64,000 nt of DNA from Leucoraja ocellata (taxonomy: Eukaryota): positions 9,424,001-9,488,000 of the forward strand of contig JAWMAR010000013.1 of NCBI GenBank assembly GCA_036785375.1, read 5' to 3'. Both the position numbers and the translations under genes were made by a program. Every line of letters starts with the position of its first letter. Positions within the stretch are counted from its first letter, which is position 1. A model generated the notes under the pieces. It did not search any database, had not been told where the DNA came from, and saw only the letters and a list, made by a program, of their open reading frames with translations. Below, in pieces: positions 1 through 11,489 of this stretch.

Positions 1-578
1 CATGTTCCGTGTGGAGCCAAAGCTTTGCATTCACACCAAGGACACCTTCCATTGTGTGGTGTGGCATAGCAATCGTACTTAGTGCAGTAGACTTAGAATA
101 AATCTCAAAACGCTGTGAGGCGTGTGGGCAATTATCAGCAGCAGAAATGTCCACCATCGCAATCTGCAACCTCATGGTCTGGCATGTCTGTTATTCTGCC
201 ATTACTCTCAAGCAAGGGACCAACCCTGGCTCAATGAAGAGAGCAGAAAGTAAGCTGGAGCAGCACCAAGCATTCTAAGGTAAGAGATGCCAACTTGATG
301 TAGGTGCACACAGGGTTGTATGTGTGCTAAAACAGGAATAATAATAATATGCCCTGGACAGTTTGAAATTATCTTATAACCCACTGAATACTCACAAAGC
401 TGAACCGTATCTAGTTGTGGGCAGTAGCTAACGGGGAGAGGAGTCGTCTCCAGGAATGCGTTGATGAAGTCCAGATAATAATCGCATTCACAAACCTATT
501 CAACCAGGAATACTGAGTGGATGAGATTCCCACCATGACAGAAGCCTGCCTGATTTACTCCATGTGATATTAATAGCC

Positions 579-1740
579 TATAGACAATAGACAATAGGTG
601 CAGGAGTAGGCCATTCGGCCATCGAGCCAGCACCGCCAATCAATGTGAATTTGGCTGATCATCCCCAATCAGTACCCCGTTTCTACCTTCTCCCCATATC
701 CCCTAACTGCTATCTTTAAGATCCCTATTTAGCTCTCTTGAAAGTATCCAGAGAACCTGCCTCCACCGCCTTCTGAGGCAGAGAATTCCACAGACTCACC
801 ACACTCTGTGAAAAAAAGTGTTTCCTCGTCTCCGTTCTAAATGGCTTACCCCATATCCTTAAACTGTGGCCCCTAGTTTTGGACTCCCCCAACATCGGGA
901 ACATGTTTCCTGCCTCTAGCTTGTCCAAACCCTTAACAATCTTATGTTTCAATAAGATGCCCTCTCATCCTTCTAAACTCCATAGTGCACAAGCCCAGCC
1001 GCTCCATTCTCTCAGCATATGACAGTCCCGCCATCCCGGGAATTAACCTTGTAAACCTACTCCCTCAATAGCACGAATGTCCTTCCTCAAATTAGGGGAC
1101 CAAAACTGCACACAATACTCCAGGTGTGGTCGCACTTGGGCCCTGTACAACTGCAGAAGGACCTCTTTGCTCCTATACTCGACTCCTCTTGTTATAAAGG
1201 CCAACATGCCATTCGCTTTCTTCACTGCCTGCTGTACCTGCATGCTTACTTTCATAGACTAATGAACAAGGACCTCCAGATCCCATTGTACTTCCCCTTT
1301 TCCAAACTTGATGCCATTAGATAGTAATCTGCCTTCCTGTTTTTGATACCAAAGTAGATAACCTCACATTTATCCACATTAAACTTCTTCTGCCATGCAT
1401 CTGCCCAATCCCCCAACCTGTCCAAGTCACCCTGCATTCTCATAGCATCCTCCTCGCAGTTCACACTGCCACCCAGCTTTGTGTCATCTGCAAATTTGCT
1501 AATGTTACTTTGAATCCCTTCATCCAAATCATTGATGCATATTGTAAATAGCTGCAGTCCCAACACCGAGCCTTGCGGTACCCCACTAGTCACTGCCTGC
1601 CATTCTGAAAGGGACCCGTTAATTCCTACTCTTTGTTTCCTGTCTGCCAACCAATTTTCTATCCATGTCAGCACTCTACCCCCAAACCATGTGCCCTAAT
1701 TTTGCCCACTAATCTCCTTTGTGGGACCTTATCAAATGCT
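579..1740 (-). mobile_element. Young 5'-truncated CR1 (HER1-like) LINE with frameshifted RT C-terminus
   Basis: ORFs 1252-1674 (WIENWL..RKQRV, GVPQGSVLG, KFADDTKLGG), 1043-1255 (RPHLEYCVQFWSP) and 725-952 (TRGHSL..WNSLP). Tail (TTGTCTA)n at 581-596. Confidence 0.95.
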
Positions 1741-3171
1741 GCTGAGAACACTGGATACTGCAAGGATTGTGGAACCAGATAATATTCTAGCTTGAGCATT
1801 GAATGCTTATGGGTTTCTGAACGAGTTGCATTTCTAGTCAAGTTGGCAGTTCAGCACTGGCATCCTGGCAATTTAGAAATTTGCGTGGGCATGTCCTGTT
1901 CAGAAAAAGGAGGGAAAATCCAGTCTGGCTAATTAGACTACTCGGCCTAGTCTGAATCATGACCAAAGTATCACTTGCTCATCAATGACCCCATTTATTG
2001 TAGTCAAGTTTGTTCTAGGGATAAATTTATGGACTCCAAATTTTTATTGTGATTTTGCCTCAAATATGGATCAAAGAGCTGAATTCCAGAGGCCAGGTGA
2101 AAACTGACTGCCCTTAATAAAACGCCTGAATTTGAGCAAGTGTGGCACCAAGGAACCATGGTAATATTGAGGCCAATTGGCATCAAGAGGAAACCATCCC
2201 AGTGATTGGAGTCACATCTAGTGCAGTAGTGATGGTTGTAGTTGTTGAAAATGAATCATCCCAGGCGTAGGTTGCAACTGCAGGAGTTCTCAGGGCAGTG
2301 CCCGAGGTGTAACCATTTTCATGTGCTTCATTAGTGACCTTCCATTACAAGGTCAGAAATGGGGATGTTTGCTGACGAGTGCACAATGTTCAATTCGATT
2401 TCCAACTGTGTAACAACTGTCACAATCCACATCTGCATAAAATGAGAGTGAGACAACATTAGTGCATGGACTGTGAATTAAAAAGTATTTCACAAAAATA
2501 TTTGTGCCACAACAGTGCCAGCCAGTGACCACCACCTGCATATAAGAGTCACACTTGTACACTTGACATTCACTGACATTACCATCACTTGGTAGACAAG
2601 TTACCATCACTTGAGTCCCCCACTTTCAATACCCTGACATCACCAAAATGGCCACCATCAATAATTCCCAGATTGTTCCATTTGTCATATTTTCTTAAGG
2701 AAGCTATGATGGGAAAAATTAGCAGCCAAGTACTTGTGGTCTTCATCTAAAAGTCATTGAAGCTCCATCGTTGATCCTTGTGACTCATCATTCATTATAT
2801 TAAACCTGCTTGAAAAAAGACCTACACCATGATGCATTTGTTATTTTTCAATCCAATGGAACAGTCCTTGAATTAATAATATTATGGAAAATTAAAACCA
2901 ATGCATTACTATCTGATGAGCCACATTTAAGACCTTATGATTAAGTCCCTCGGGTCCCAGTGTCCTCCACTTGTTAGAAAGAGTGCATTTCAGCCACGTA
3001 CAAAAATCTCTATCTTGGGCAAAGTTGTTAGTTTGATTAGTGTTCCATCGATCACCCTAAAGTTTAATTCCCTCCATCACTGAAGCACAGTGGCTAAATG
3101 CACTGCAGTTTCTCACCTAGCCTACTTTGATACCTCTGCGACCCCGAGCTTAAAGTACGACAAGGATTTCA

Positions 3172-3352
3172 GGTGACACGAATTGCTGGAATCTGTAGCA
3201 ATGAAAGGAAAACAGCTGGAGGAATTCAACAAGTCATGTAGCATCTGTGGAGGGAATTAGGCCCTTGAAAGGTCTCAACCCAAAATGGCGACTGCCCATT
3301 TCCCTCTACTGATGCTGCCTGGTGTGCTGACTTCCTCCAGCTGCTCTCATTT
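3172..3352. mobile_element. Decayed inverted pair of Penelope terminal-repeat (pLTR) fragments
   Basis: 'gctggaggaa..agcatctgtggagggaa' faces 'ttccctctactgatgctg..ttcctccagc'. Same family as 40398-40495. Confidence 0.7.
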
Positions 3353-4014
3353 TTGCTGGGGCGTCGATTGCATGGGAACAGAAGTGAGTCCCTTTCAAAT
3401 TATGCACCACTCTTACTTGGAAATGTGCTACTCCATTTTCCCTTTGTCATCAGCCATTCAAATTAAAACGTCCCCTGCTCAGTAAAGTCATGAGAACATC
3501 TCATTAGAAGGTTTACAGCAGTTCAAAGAAAGCAAACTATTTTAAGGTAGTGAGAATGCCTTACAATGCTGTTCTTGCCAGTGATGTGTAGATCCCGTAA
3601 AATGAATAAATGGAAACTACCCCCATGAATGTATGCATCAGTTGTTTGTGTGAGGCTCAAGCCACATGGTAAGCTGCTCAAGAGCATACAAAAATGGAAA
3701 TGCTTTCCTTGAGCCACTGTGGTTAGCATCTGCTCATTAAATGTAAGATATTTTGGTGGGTTCGGGGTCAAGGGGGTGCGGTGGGATGAGACTGGGTTGC
3801 TGAGAAATGTCATCCCTAATTGACAATGATCATTATCTTATGCAGTCCCTCAGGGTCTGCTTGTTTTCACAGAATGGAACAATATCCTTGTGCGTGAATT
3901 GTTTTAAAAGGTGGTGGCGACCGCACATCTGATATCACCTGTACTTGTAGAGTGAGATCTTGGTGCAATAGCAAGAAGATCTGATAAAGTTGGGAACCTG
4001 GCCCTTAGTAACTA

Positions 4015-4360
4015 CATTATATTGCAACTTTATAAAACATTCATTTGGTCACACTTGGAGTATTGCATGCTGTTCTGGTTCAGTTCTGGTTCTGCAGTTC
4101 TGCATTATAGCAAGAATTTTGCTGTGATGGAGAGAGAGAGAGAATGCAGAGGAGATTCACCAGGATGTTGTCTCAGTCCTGATGCAAACTCAACGCGAAA
4201 TATGGTCAATTCCTTTCCTCCCACTGGTGTTATTCAACCCGCTGATTTCCTCCAATAGCGTGTCTTTTTTCACCTGGATGTTGCTTGGTTTGGAGGACCT
4301 TAGTTATGGCGAGATATTGGAAAGATTAGGTTTATTTTCCCTGGAGCAAAGGATGCAGTG
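4015..4360 (+). mobile_element. CR1 fragment split by a pLTR insertion
   Basis: LYKTFIWSHLEYCMLFW... then RFT.ML.GLEDLSYGEILERLGLFSLEQR across the insert. Confidence 0.8.
4171..4268 (+). mobile_element. Decayed Penelope pLTR insertion with 15-bp TSD
   Basis: Flanked by ttcaccaggatgttg (4156-4170) and ttcacctggatgttg (4269-4283). Contains 'cagtcctgatgca...cgaaa' and 'acccgctgatttcctcca'. Confidence 0.7.
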
Positions 4361-7029
4361 TTTTTTCCTGATAAAGTACTTTTACAATATACTCCATCTA
4401 TGTAGATAACTACATTTTTCCATATTATGATAGATTTTCCCAGTTCTTGACAATTTATTGAGCTTAATTATCTATCCTTGCAGCTTCCCTGCATCCTCGT
4501 TATCCACAACGTGGCTTAGTTTTGCATCAACAACTTGGAAATATGATATTTGGTCTCCTCGGCTAAAATGATAACATTGTTTGTGAATAGCAGGGGTGCT
4601 GTCACGCCCCTAATCTATCCAATATCTCTCCATAACCCGCCATAACTAAGGCCCTCCAAAGATCCATGAGAATGATCCATTCTTGCCCTTTGGTTTCAAT
4701 CATATAACCAAAAGCAGCATAATGTCATATTGTTAACACAACTGGGGTGTATATCTAGGGTGAAATTTAAAGGGTCCACAGAATCTGTTCCCTATTTTGG
4801 AGACACAACATTTTGTGTTACTGCACGCGTCCTCTTCCATTTTCAAAACTAAACATTTGGTACATTTGAGTAATGGATTTCCTGACATGTATGAACATGA
4901 AGCACTTGTGTATTTGGCTACACAGGTGTAAGTACTGTAATTTACACCGTATAAGCAGAAAACAGATCTGTCACTCAAATGCCTCGTCCGTTCAATATCC
5001 CTAGAACAATTTTTACCTTTCCTTATAAAATTATTCATTAAAACATTTAGGAACAATTGAGGAGGTGTTAAACCCCAAATTTCTATAACGAACTTAAGTA
5101 ATTTTTTCACAAGTTGTGTCGTATACAGGAATAAAGTCTTGGATTCAAATTCTTCTTGTAGTAACAGGTAGCTTCTAAAATGCCCCACTCTTTTGGGTTT
5201 ACAAATATAGCATGCAAATGGATGCTTGTGAATGACTGGATGGAATCTGTGCAGTGCTGAAATGTTAATGTAAACTAAAATGGCAACAAATTATTAAAAC
5301 TTTACAATTTTTTGGGGTTGTTTTTGACTCAAAACATAACTAAAATGCCGTGATAAACCAGTTGAAGAAGTTGACATGTTAAATCATTGCTAAGTCCCCT
5401 GTCTAATTTTCCCAAACTGCAATTGCTACTTTGACAAAAATATGAAATTGATTTGGTTGAAGGGTGTTAAAGAGCCAACAGCTGAATGTCACAAACAATG
5501 AATGGTCCTTGCTTTGAAAAATCAATGGATAGATTAAGCAGGCCATGTGCAACGCATGGTAACCTGTTCACTTCTTGGGATTAAAAAGAAAAATCTTTCC
5601 TTGATTATGCAGTAAAACTTGATGAATATTAAACAATTTCCTAAATCTATGTTTAAAAAGACATTGCATCAAATCAATAATACTGCCAGAAGTAATATTT
5701 AAAGATTTATGTAAACATTATAGAATCTCATCCATTGTGAGTACTAATGATTTCAAGACCATTCTGAAGTTAATAAGTATTACTTGTGTACCCCCAAACT
5801 GTTATCAAAGTAGGTGTTTCACGTATCAGAAGTAGTAGTTGGTTGAAACAAAGAATGCAGTGAATATGAGTTGTTTTTGCAAACAGCTGAACCAGAAATA
5901 GTTACAGTACATTGCTCTTAATCAAGCATTCTAAGTATCCTTGAGTATTCTTTGCTTCTGCAGGCTGTGCATTGAACATTACTGAGTGTACTTACTGCAG
6001 GTATTCAAGAAAATGGCTGCAGAACTGAGACTGACAGTTTCTTGTAGCTGAACTACAATAAATGCATTAATAGAATGTAATTAAGAGATTCAATCAGTGT
6101 GGTGACAGAGATCAAGTGCTTTATGAATGGAGGCACTAGTTTCCATTGATCTATGAGGCACATTCCCAGCTTTTTATGAACTGAACAATGGAGGATTAGT
6201 GCTCAGAACTTAACAATAAACTGGCAATTTCATTATAATAGGGCTGTTAGTCCATTTGGTTGCAGAGTAAATTGGGAGAATAGAATTTCTTTGTGGTGTT
6301 TGGCCTCCACATAGGGGTATAATTACACAGTGGTACCTATCATAGAAGAAGAGCTCCCTTTATGAATTTTGAAGCATTCTTGAGGTGTTTTGTGTCATTG
6401 GAAAATAATCAATTTTCTCAGGTTGTATGCTTTCATTAGACTCAGGCTTGAAATTTAGTGAGCAAGAAAGAGGTCCTGTGGGCAAAGTCATGAATGGGCT
6501 CATCTGCAGTACACTCCGGTTTCTTTAATGTGGCCACTGATAGCTAATGGGCAGGCTCAAATGGAAGTCTACTAGGAAATCTACATTCACTTTCAAGGAG
6601 CATGGATGACTTTGGCACCAATGAGGCAGTACTTTGAGCAAAGGTTCGAAACCATCTTCCCCGAAGTGTTTGTGCATTTGTAGATCCAACTAGGTCTGAA
6701 GATATAACTTGCATTACTGCAGCTGCAGCAGCCATTTATCTCAACAGAATAATGCCACACTTGCTTTCTGTTAGGTAAGCTCAGTTTTGTGGCCATAGAT
6801 TATTGTATGCAAAGGACTTTCAGAACCTTACAGCATATGAGCATCCTACCTAATAACATCACTGGCGCAGTGTTCCAGGAGAAAAGATGTGTTCTATGGA
6901 ACACAAAGCTGCAATTAACTTTAGGAAACCATGTTCATCCTTAGATCTGCAGCTGTGCCAATGCTGGCTATTAGCCAGCTATCCTGGGGAGCGAACTCTG
7001 CAATTATGATGGTGCCATCTGAAGCCATA

Positions 7030-8262
7030 GGTTGCATCACAGCTTGGTTTGGCAACTGCTCTGCACAGGACCACAGAAATTGCGGAGTTGTGGATGCAGC
7101 CTAGTCCATCACGCAAAGCAGCCTATATCCATGCTGCCTTGGGAAAGCAGCCAACCTAATCAAGGACCATTCACACCCCTGTCATTCTCTCTTCTCCTCT
7201 CTCCTGCCAGGCAGAAGATCCAAAAGATTGAAAGCACGTACCACCAGATTTAGAAACAGCTCCTATGCAACTGTTAGCAGATTATTGAATGGACCTCTTA
7301 TAAGCTAAGAATGTATTCCTGATCCCCCAACCTACTTTCTTCTTTCCTTCTTTCATCTCCGCAACATCGCCAAACTCAGACCCTCTCTCACACCGCCCGC
7401 TGCTGAAAGACTCATCCATGCCTTCATCTCCTCCCGACTAGACTATTGCAACTCACTTCTCCTTGGCATCAGCTCCACCTACATCAACCGACTCCAACTA
7501 GTCCAGAACGCAGCTACCCGACTCATCACCCATACCAAATCCTGGCATCACATCACTCCAGTCCTCAAACAACTTCACTGGCTTCCCATCTCCCACCGGA
7601 TCACCTACAAAATCCTGATCCTCACCTACAAAGCCCTCCACCATCTGGCCCCCCCATATCTCACTGACCTCCTCTCCCCCTACCAACCCTCACGGTCCCT
7701 CAGATCCACATCGGCTGGTCTCCTCTCCATCCACAAGTCCAACCGCAGTTTTGGGGACAGAGTCTTCTCCAGGGCAGCTCCCAGGTTCTGGAACTCCCTC
7801 CCCCAACTGACCCGCAATTCCGTGTCCCTCACCATCTTCCAGTCCCGCCTCAAGACCCATCTCTTCACCTCTGCCTATCCTTAGCCCCACGTGCTGTCCC
7901 TTTTCATCTGTGCATTAATTGCCTCATACTGTGTTTTGTATTGAATTCTGTATTTACTTTGTGTACTAGTCATGTCTCTACTATTTATTTCATTCCCCTT
8001 ACATGTTTTTCCTCTACCTGCTAAATTTTTGTAAGGTTTCCTTGAAAGCTTGAAAGGCGCCCATAAATAAAATTTATTATTATTATTATTATTATTACTT
8101 TGCAGCAGCCCTTGCACTTTTTTTCCTTTTACCTGTGCCTTTTCTGTAGCTGTAATACTATATTTTGCATGAATTCATTGTATTTGTGTATGGATGATTT
8201 ACTCGGATAGCACATAGAACAGCCTTTCACTGTTTCTCGGTAAAAGTGAGAATAATAAATAA
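7030..8262 (+). mobile_element. Rex1/Babar LINE 3' fragment, interrupted by L2
   Basis: CITAWFGNCSAQD..., KAANLIKDHSHPCHSLF, ARTTRFRNS..VSRLLN. The 3' UTR resumes at ~8102 and ends in aataataaataaat. Confidence 0.85.
7339..8097 (+). mobile_element. Young 5'-truncated L2 LINE
   Basis: FFHLRNIAKLR..LIHAFISSRLDYCNSLL..LQLVQNAATRL..HITPVLKQLHWLP..WNSLP..FQSRLKTHLF, followed by the 3' UTR and a (TTA)n tail. Possible short TSD tacttt (7333-7338 and 8096-8101). Confidence 0.93.
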
Positions 8263-8421
8263 ATATTGCCAATATTTTAAAATTAACCATTCACCACCCT
8301 GTTCCTTGCATATCATATGCCTTTCTATCTCAGTCTTAAAGAGACTTGCTTCCAACATCCTTGAGAATGAGTGTTTTCAACACTTGCAGACCTCTTAGAG
8401 AAATAACATCCCAGTCATATT

Positions 8422-8722
8422 GGACGGCACAGTGGCGTAGATGGTTGAGCTGCTGCCTCACAGCACCAGAGTCCCAGGTTCGCTCCTGATCGTGACTGCT
8501 GTCTGTGTGGAGTTTGCATGTGTCCCTATGATTGTTTGATTTCCTCTGAGTGCTCTGGTTTCCTCCCACATCCCAAAGATATGCAGGTTAATTGACCTCT
8601 GTAAATTGCCCCTAGTGTTGATGTGTAAGTGGATAACAGAACTAATGTGCACGGGTAATCAATGTATTGTGGGGCTGAAGGGCCTGTTTCCATGCTGTAC
8701 TTCTAAACTAAGCTGAACTAAA
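8422..8722 (+). mobile_element. HE1-type tRNA-derived V-SINE
   Basis: A-box-like ggcacagtggcgtag and B-box ggttcgctcc. V-domain 'gctgtctgtgtggagtttgcatg...ggtttcctcccacatcccaaaga'. CR1-like tail 'gggctgaagggcctgtttccatgctgta' plus (ctaaa)n. Confidence 0.9.
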
Positions 8723-8817
8723 TGGAAAGCCTTTTTTTAATCAGTGACCGATTCTTCCTTAGGAGGAAACCTCTTCTCCACGTCCATCCTGTCAGGACTC
8801 CATAAGGACCTTGCATG

Positions 8818-9923
8818 TCTAGCTATATTATATTTAACTAAAACGCTCATCTTGTTATCTGCAGGTTTACGTTGTTTCACTATTTGTGCAAAAATAGTAC
8901 ATGATAGCGCTACGTTTTTGGCCCACCTTACTCACCATTGTCCTGTGCTGTAAATGAATCAAGTTTTGTTCAGATCAATGGTATATTTGAAAAGTTATTA
9001 AGGTTTTAAAAAAACCTTAAAACATAGCCCCCATCTGTGCATGTGCAGTTGGGGGAGAGTTCCCGTGCACATCATTACCGGCGTCGCAAAGGGCACCCGA
9101 TGGGTCCTCAGCCGCACCTGTGCAGTTGGGGCCATTCCAGAATTCCGATCGTCATCTTTTTTTCACAACGGCAACACGGGTGAGATTACTTCCATTTTAA
9201 ATTCTGCTGCCCCAGGCCCGCGGGAATCCGCCGCCTTGGGGCTGTATCTGCGGGCGGGGGCGGGGAGAGGCCGTGCCGACCACGGGGATCCGCCGCCTTG
9301 GCACTAAGGCTGGGGCTGCGTGTGCGGGCGGCGGTGGCCAGCTCCAGGGGAGAGGTCACGCTGACAATCCGGGGCCTGGGTGCTGAGCCTGGCCCTGAGG
9401 CCGACGACTGCTGCTCCTCCGGGCACGCAAGGAGGGAAAGAAGGACCACCCTTGAGATCTTGGGGAGGTGAGGAGGGAGAGTGGGGGGGATTGAGGGAGA
9501 GGAGGGGGCAGGGAGAGATAAGTGGGGGGAGTTGAGGAGGGAAACTGGGGGAGGAGGGGGAATAGCGGGAGGGGAGGTAGGGAGTGGGGAATAGAGGGAG
9601 AGGAGGGCAGTGGGGAAGGTGAGGAGGGATAGTGGGGGGGGGTAGGGGAGGTGAGGAGTGGGGGAGGTGGAGGATAGAGCGATAGGGGAGTATGGAGGGG
9701 AGAGGAGTTATGGAAGGAGTGATTGAGGAGAGGAGGAGGAGAGGGGAAAGAAGAGGGAGGGTGAAGAAGAGGGAGAGGGAGTGCTGGGGGAATGAGGGGA
9801 AATGCGCCGCGTCTGCGCAGTTGGGGGTTATGGGTGAGTTGTAATACTGCGTTGGGGAACAGGTTGCATTGTGAGATCAGGTCTCCCGTGTGACAGAGAC
9901 CCAACGGACCCCATTTAGTCTAG
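8818..9923 (+). mobile_element. Non-autonomous Helitron inserted in a CR1 remnant
   Basis: 5' TC at 8818 and 3' CTAG at 9920-9923 followed by T. The degenerate subterminal hairpin 'gagacccaacggacccc' matches the 35876 element. No TSD. Flanks rejoin to the CR1 sequence 'ttgcatg|tttcaat' (compare 941-953). Confidence 0.75.
9460..9800 (+). repeat. G/A-rich low-complexity tract inside the Helitron
   Basis: Dense GGGG/GGAG runs. The Pro-rich ORF 9356-9904 is an artefact of this tract. Confidence 0.9.
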
Positions 9924-9984
9924 TTTCAATTAAATCTTCTCTCCCTCTCCTGAACTCTCAGATGTGGTCTTAGCAACTTAACAA

Positions 9985-10480
9985 TGCCATAGAGCTATAT
10001 ATATGTAGGTCCTTTGTTCCGTGCTGACCATCAAATATCCAAACTACGCTAATCCCATTTACCACCATTTGGCCCCATATCCCCCCATCCCTTGGTGATT
10101 GAAGTGCTCGTCCAGACACTTTATAAATGTCGTGAGTATCTGCCTCCTGCATCTCAGGCAGTGCATTCCAAATTGCAACCAACGTCTGGGTAAAAAAATG
10201 TTACTCGGTTCCTAACCTTCTTACCCCTCACATTAAGCCAATACATTCTAATTTTCGATGTTATACATTATGGGGAAAGGTGTTTAAGAAGGAACTGCAG
10301 ATGCTGGAAAATCGAAGGTAGACAAAAATGCTGGAGAAACTCTGTGGGTGCAGCAGCATCTATGGAGTGAAGGAAATATTTCCTTCGCTCCATAGATGTT
10401 GCTGCACCCGCTGAGTTTCTCCAGCATTTTTGTCTACCTTATGGGGAAAGGTTCCTGACTATCCGCCCTATCGCTGGTAT
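9985..10480 (-). mobile_element. CR1/HER1 3' fragment, interrupted at 10282-10438
   Basis: MVAIWNALP motif on the minus strand, followed by a typical HER1 3' UTR. Confidence 0.8.
10282..10438. mobile_element. Fold-back (palindromic) Penelope pLTR insertion with 14-bp TSD
   Basis: Hairpin 10315-10440 with 63-bp arms centred on aaggaaat|atttcctt. TSD ttatggggaaaggt at 10268-10281 and 10439-10452. Confidence 0.9.
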
Positions 10481-11489
10481 TAAATCAGCCTGAGCCATAA
10501 TAGGCAGAGATATCTGGGTGTCCTTGTGCATAATTCACAAAAGGACAATGCAGTAGTGAAAAATAACATACAAATAATTACTTGATTTACCCCTAAAGAG
10601 TGATGGTTTTGATGGAAAGTCGAGATACTTCTGTCAGATATTTTTCAGACCAATGTGCCATCATGACACCAGTTCCCAACTCATTCAATTATTGTGTGTA
10701 GCCAGCATCTTATAATTCATTATTTGGGGCAAGAGCCTGGGACTTGCAGTATTGCTCACTTTAACACTTTTATGTTGTCACCAGGAGACAGGGTTCCTGG
10801 TATATCAGGCTACTTTACATTTCTCTTTCTCTTGAAATGGAGTATTTCACTATTTCACTATGATTGAGGTCATGACTTCATCTTGCATGAACTCATAAAA
10901 TGTGCTCATTGAGAATCAGTCAGTTATCATAATCAAGTTTGCCATAGATGTCAGAAGAGCTTGCCATTCTTCACCTCCCCACCCCCACCCACCCTAGCAA
11001 TTGTCATCTGTACTCATTCTTACAGATTCTTTGGCTCAATCTACCCATCTATCCATTTCAGTTTTGACCTTCCACAAAGTCTTTACACCTGCTGGCTTCA
11101 TTGGTGATAGAAAAACTTCAATTTTCAGCACACATGCACTGGCTGTTGTAGTTCTTTTAATATAATCTTGTTCAGCACACAGGCCATTCTTCTGACCCCC
11201 TCATTGGCAACTTTATTCTGCTACATGATATCAAATAACTGGAAAACGTTAATCTTTTACTTCTGAACCTTGAAGAGATCATTGAATAATGTTACAGCTT
11301 TGGTATTGTACTACTGACTGAATAGATATCTAAAGTTTTATATTGTTAATTATTCCATATGCTAAACAGAATCACATATAGAGCACATTAACAATCCCAT
11401 GCAATGGATTATGATGATCATAAAAGCACATATTTGTATTGATGGAGTTCAAGACTTGTACCACACTGGGCAAAAAGGGATGGCAAGGA

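Larger units (their letters stand above)
1..3610 (+). mobile_element. Old, heavily decayed CR1/L2-group LINE, interrupted by younger insertions (579-1740, 3172-3352)
   Basis: Degenerate RT motifs at ~2280-2390 (GV.QGS..., FISDL, 'atgtttgctgacgag' = MFADE). Pre-RT 'ctggatactgcaagg...cagaaaaagg' at 1751-1910. 3' end 'cttgccagtgatgtgtagatcccgtaaaatgaataaa' at ~3573-3610. The sequence reads through when the inserts are removed. Confidence 0.7.

Noticed and set aside
3438-3452. ttccctttgtcatc matches the 5' end of miR-204/211
   Set aside because: The match stops after about 14 nt, there is no complementary star arm, and it lies inside the decayed LINE.
4733-5188. 151-aa ORF on the minus strand
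   Set aside because: No recognisable domain or splice context; composition is typical of a chance ORF in AT-rich DNA.
8422-8500. tRNA-like A/B boxes
   Set aside because: These are SINE heads, not tRNA genes; there is no cloverleaf and they continue into the V-domain.
9356-9904. 182-aa proline-rich ORF
   Set aside because: It is the translation of the C-rich strand of a low-complexity tract within a Helitron.
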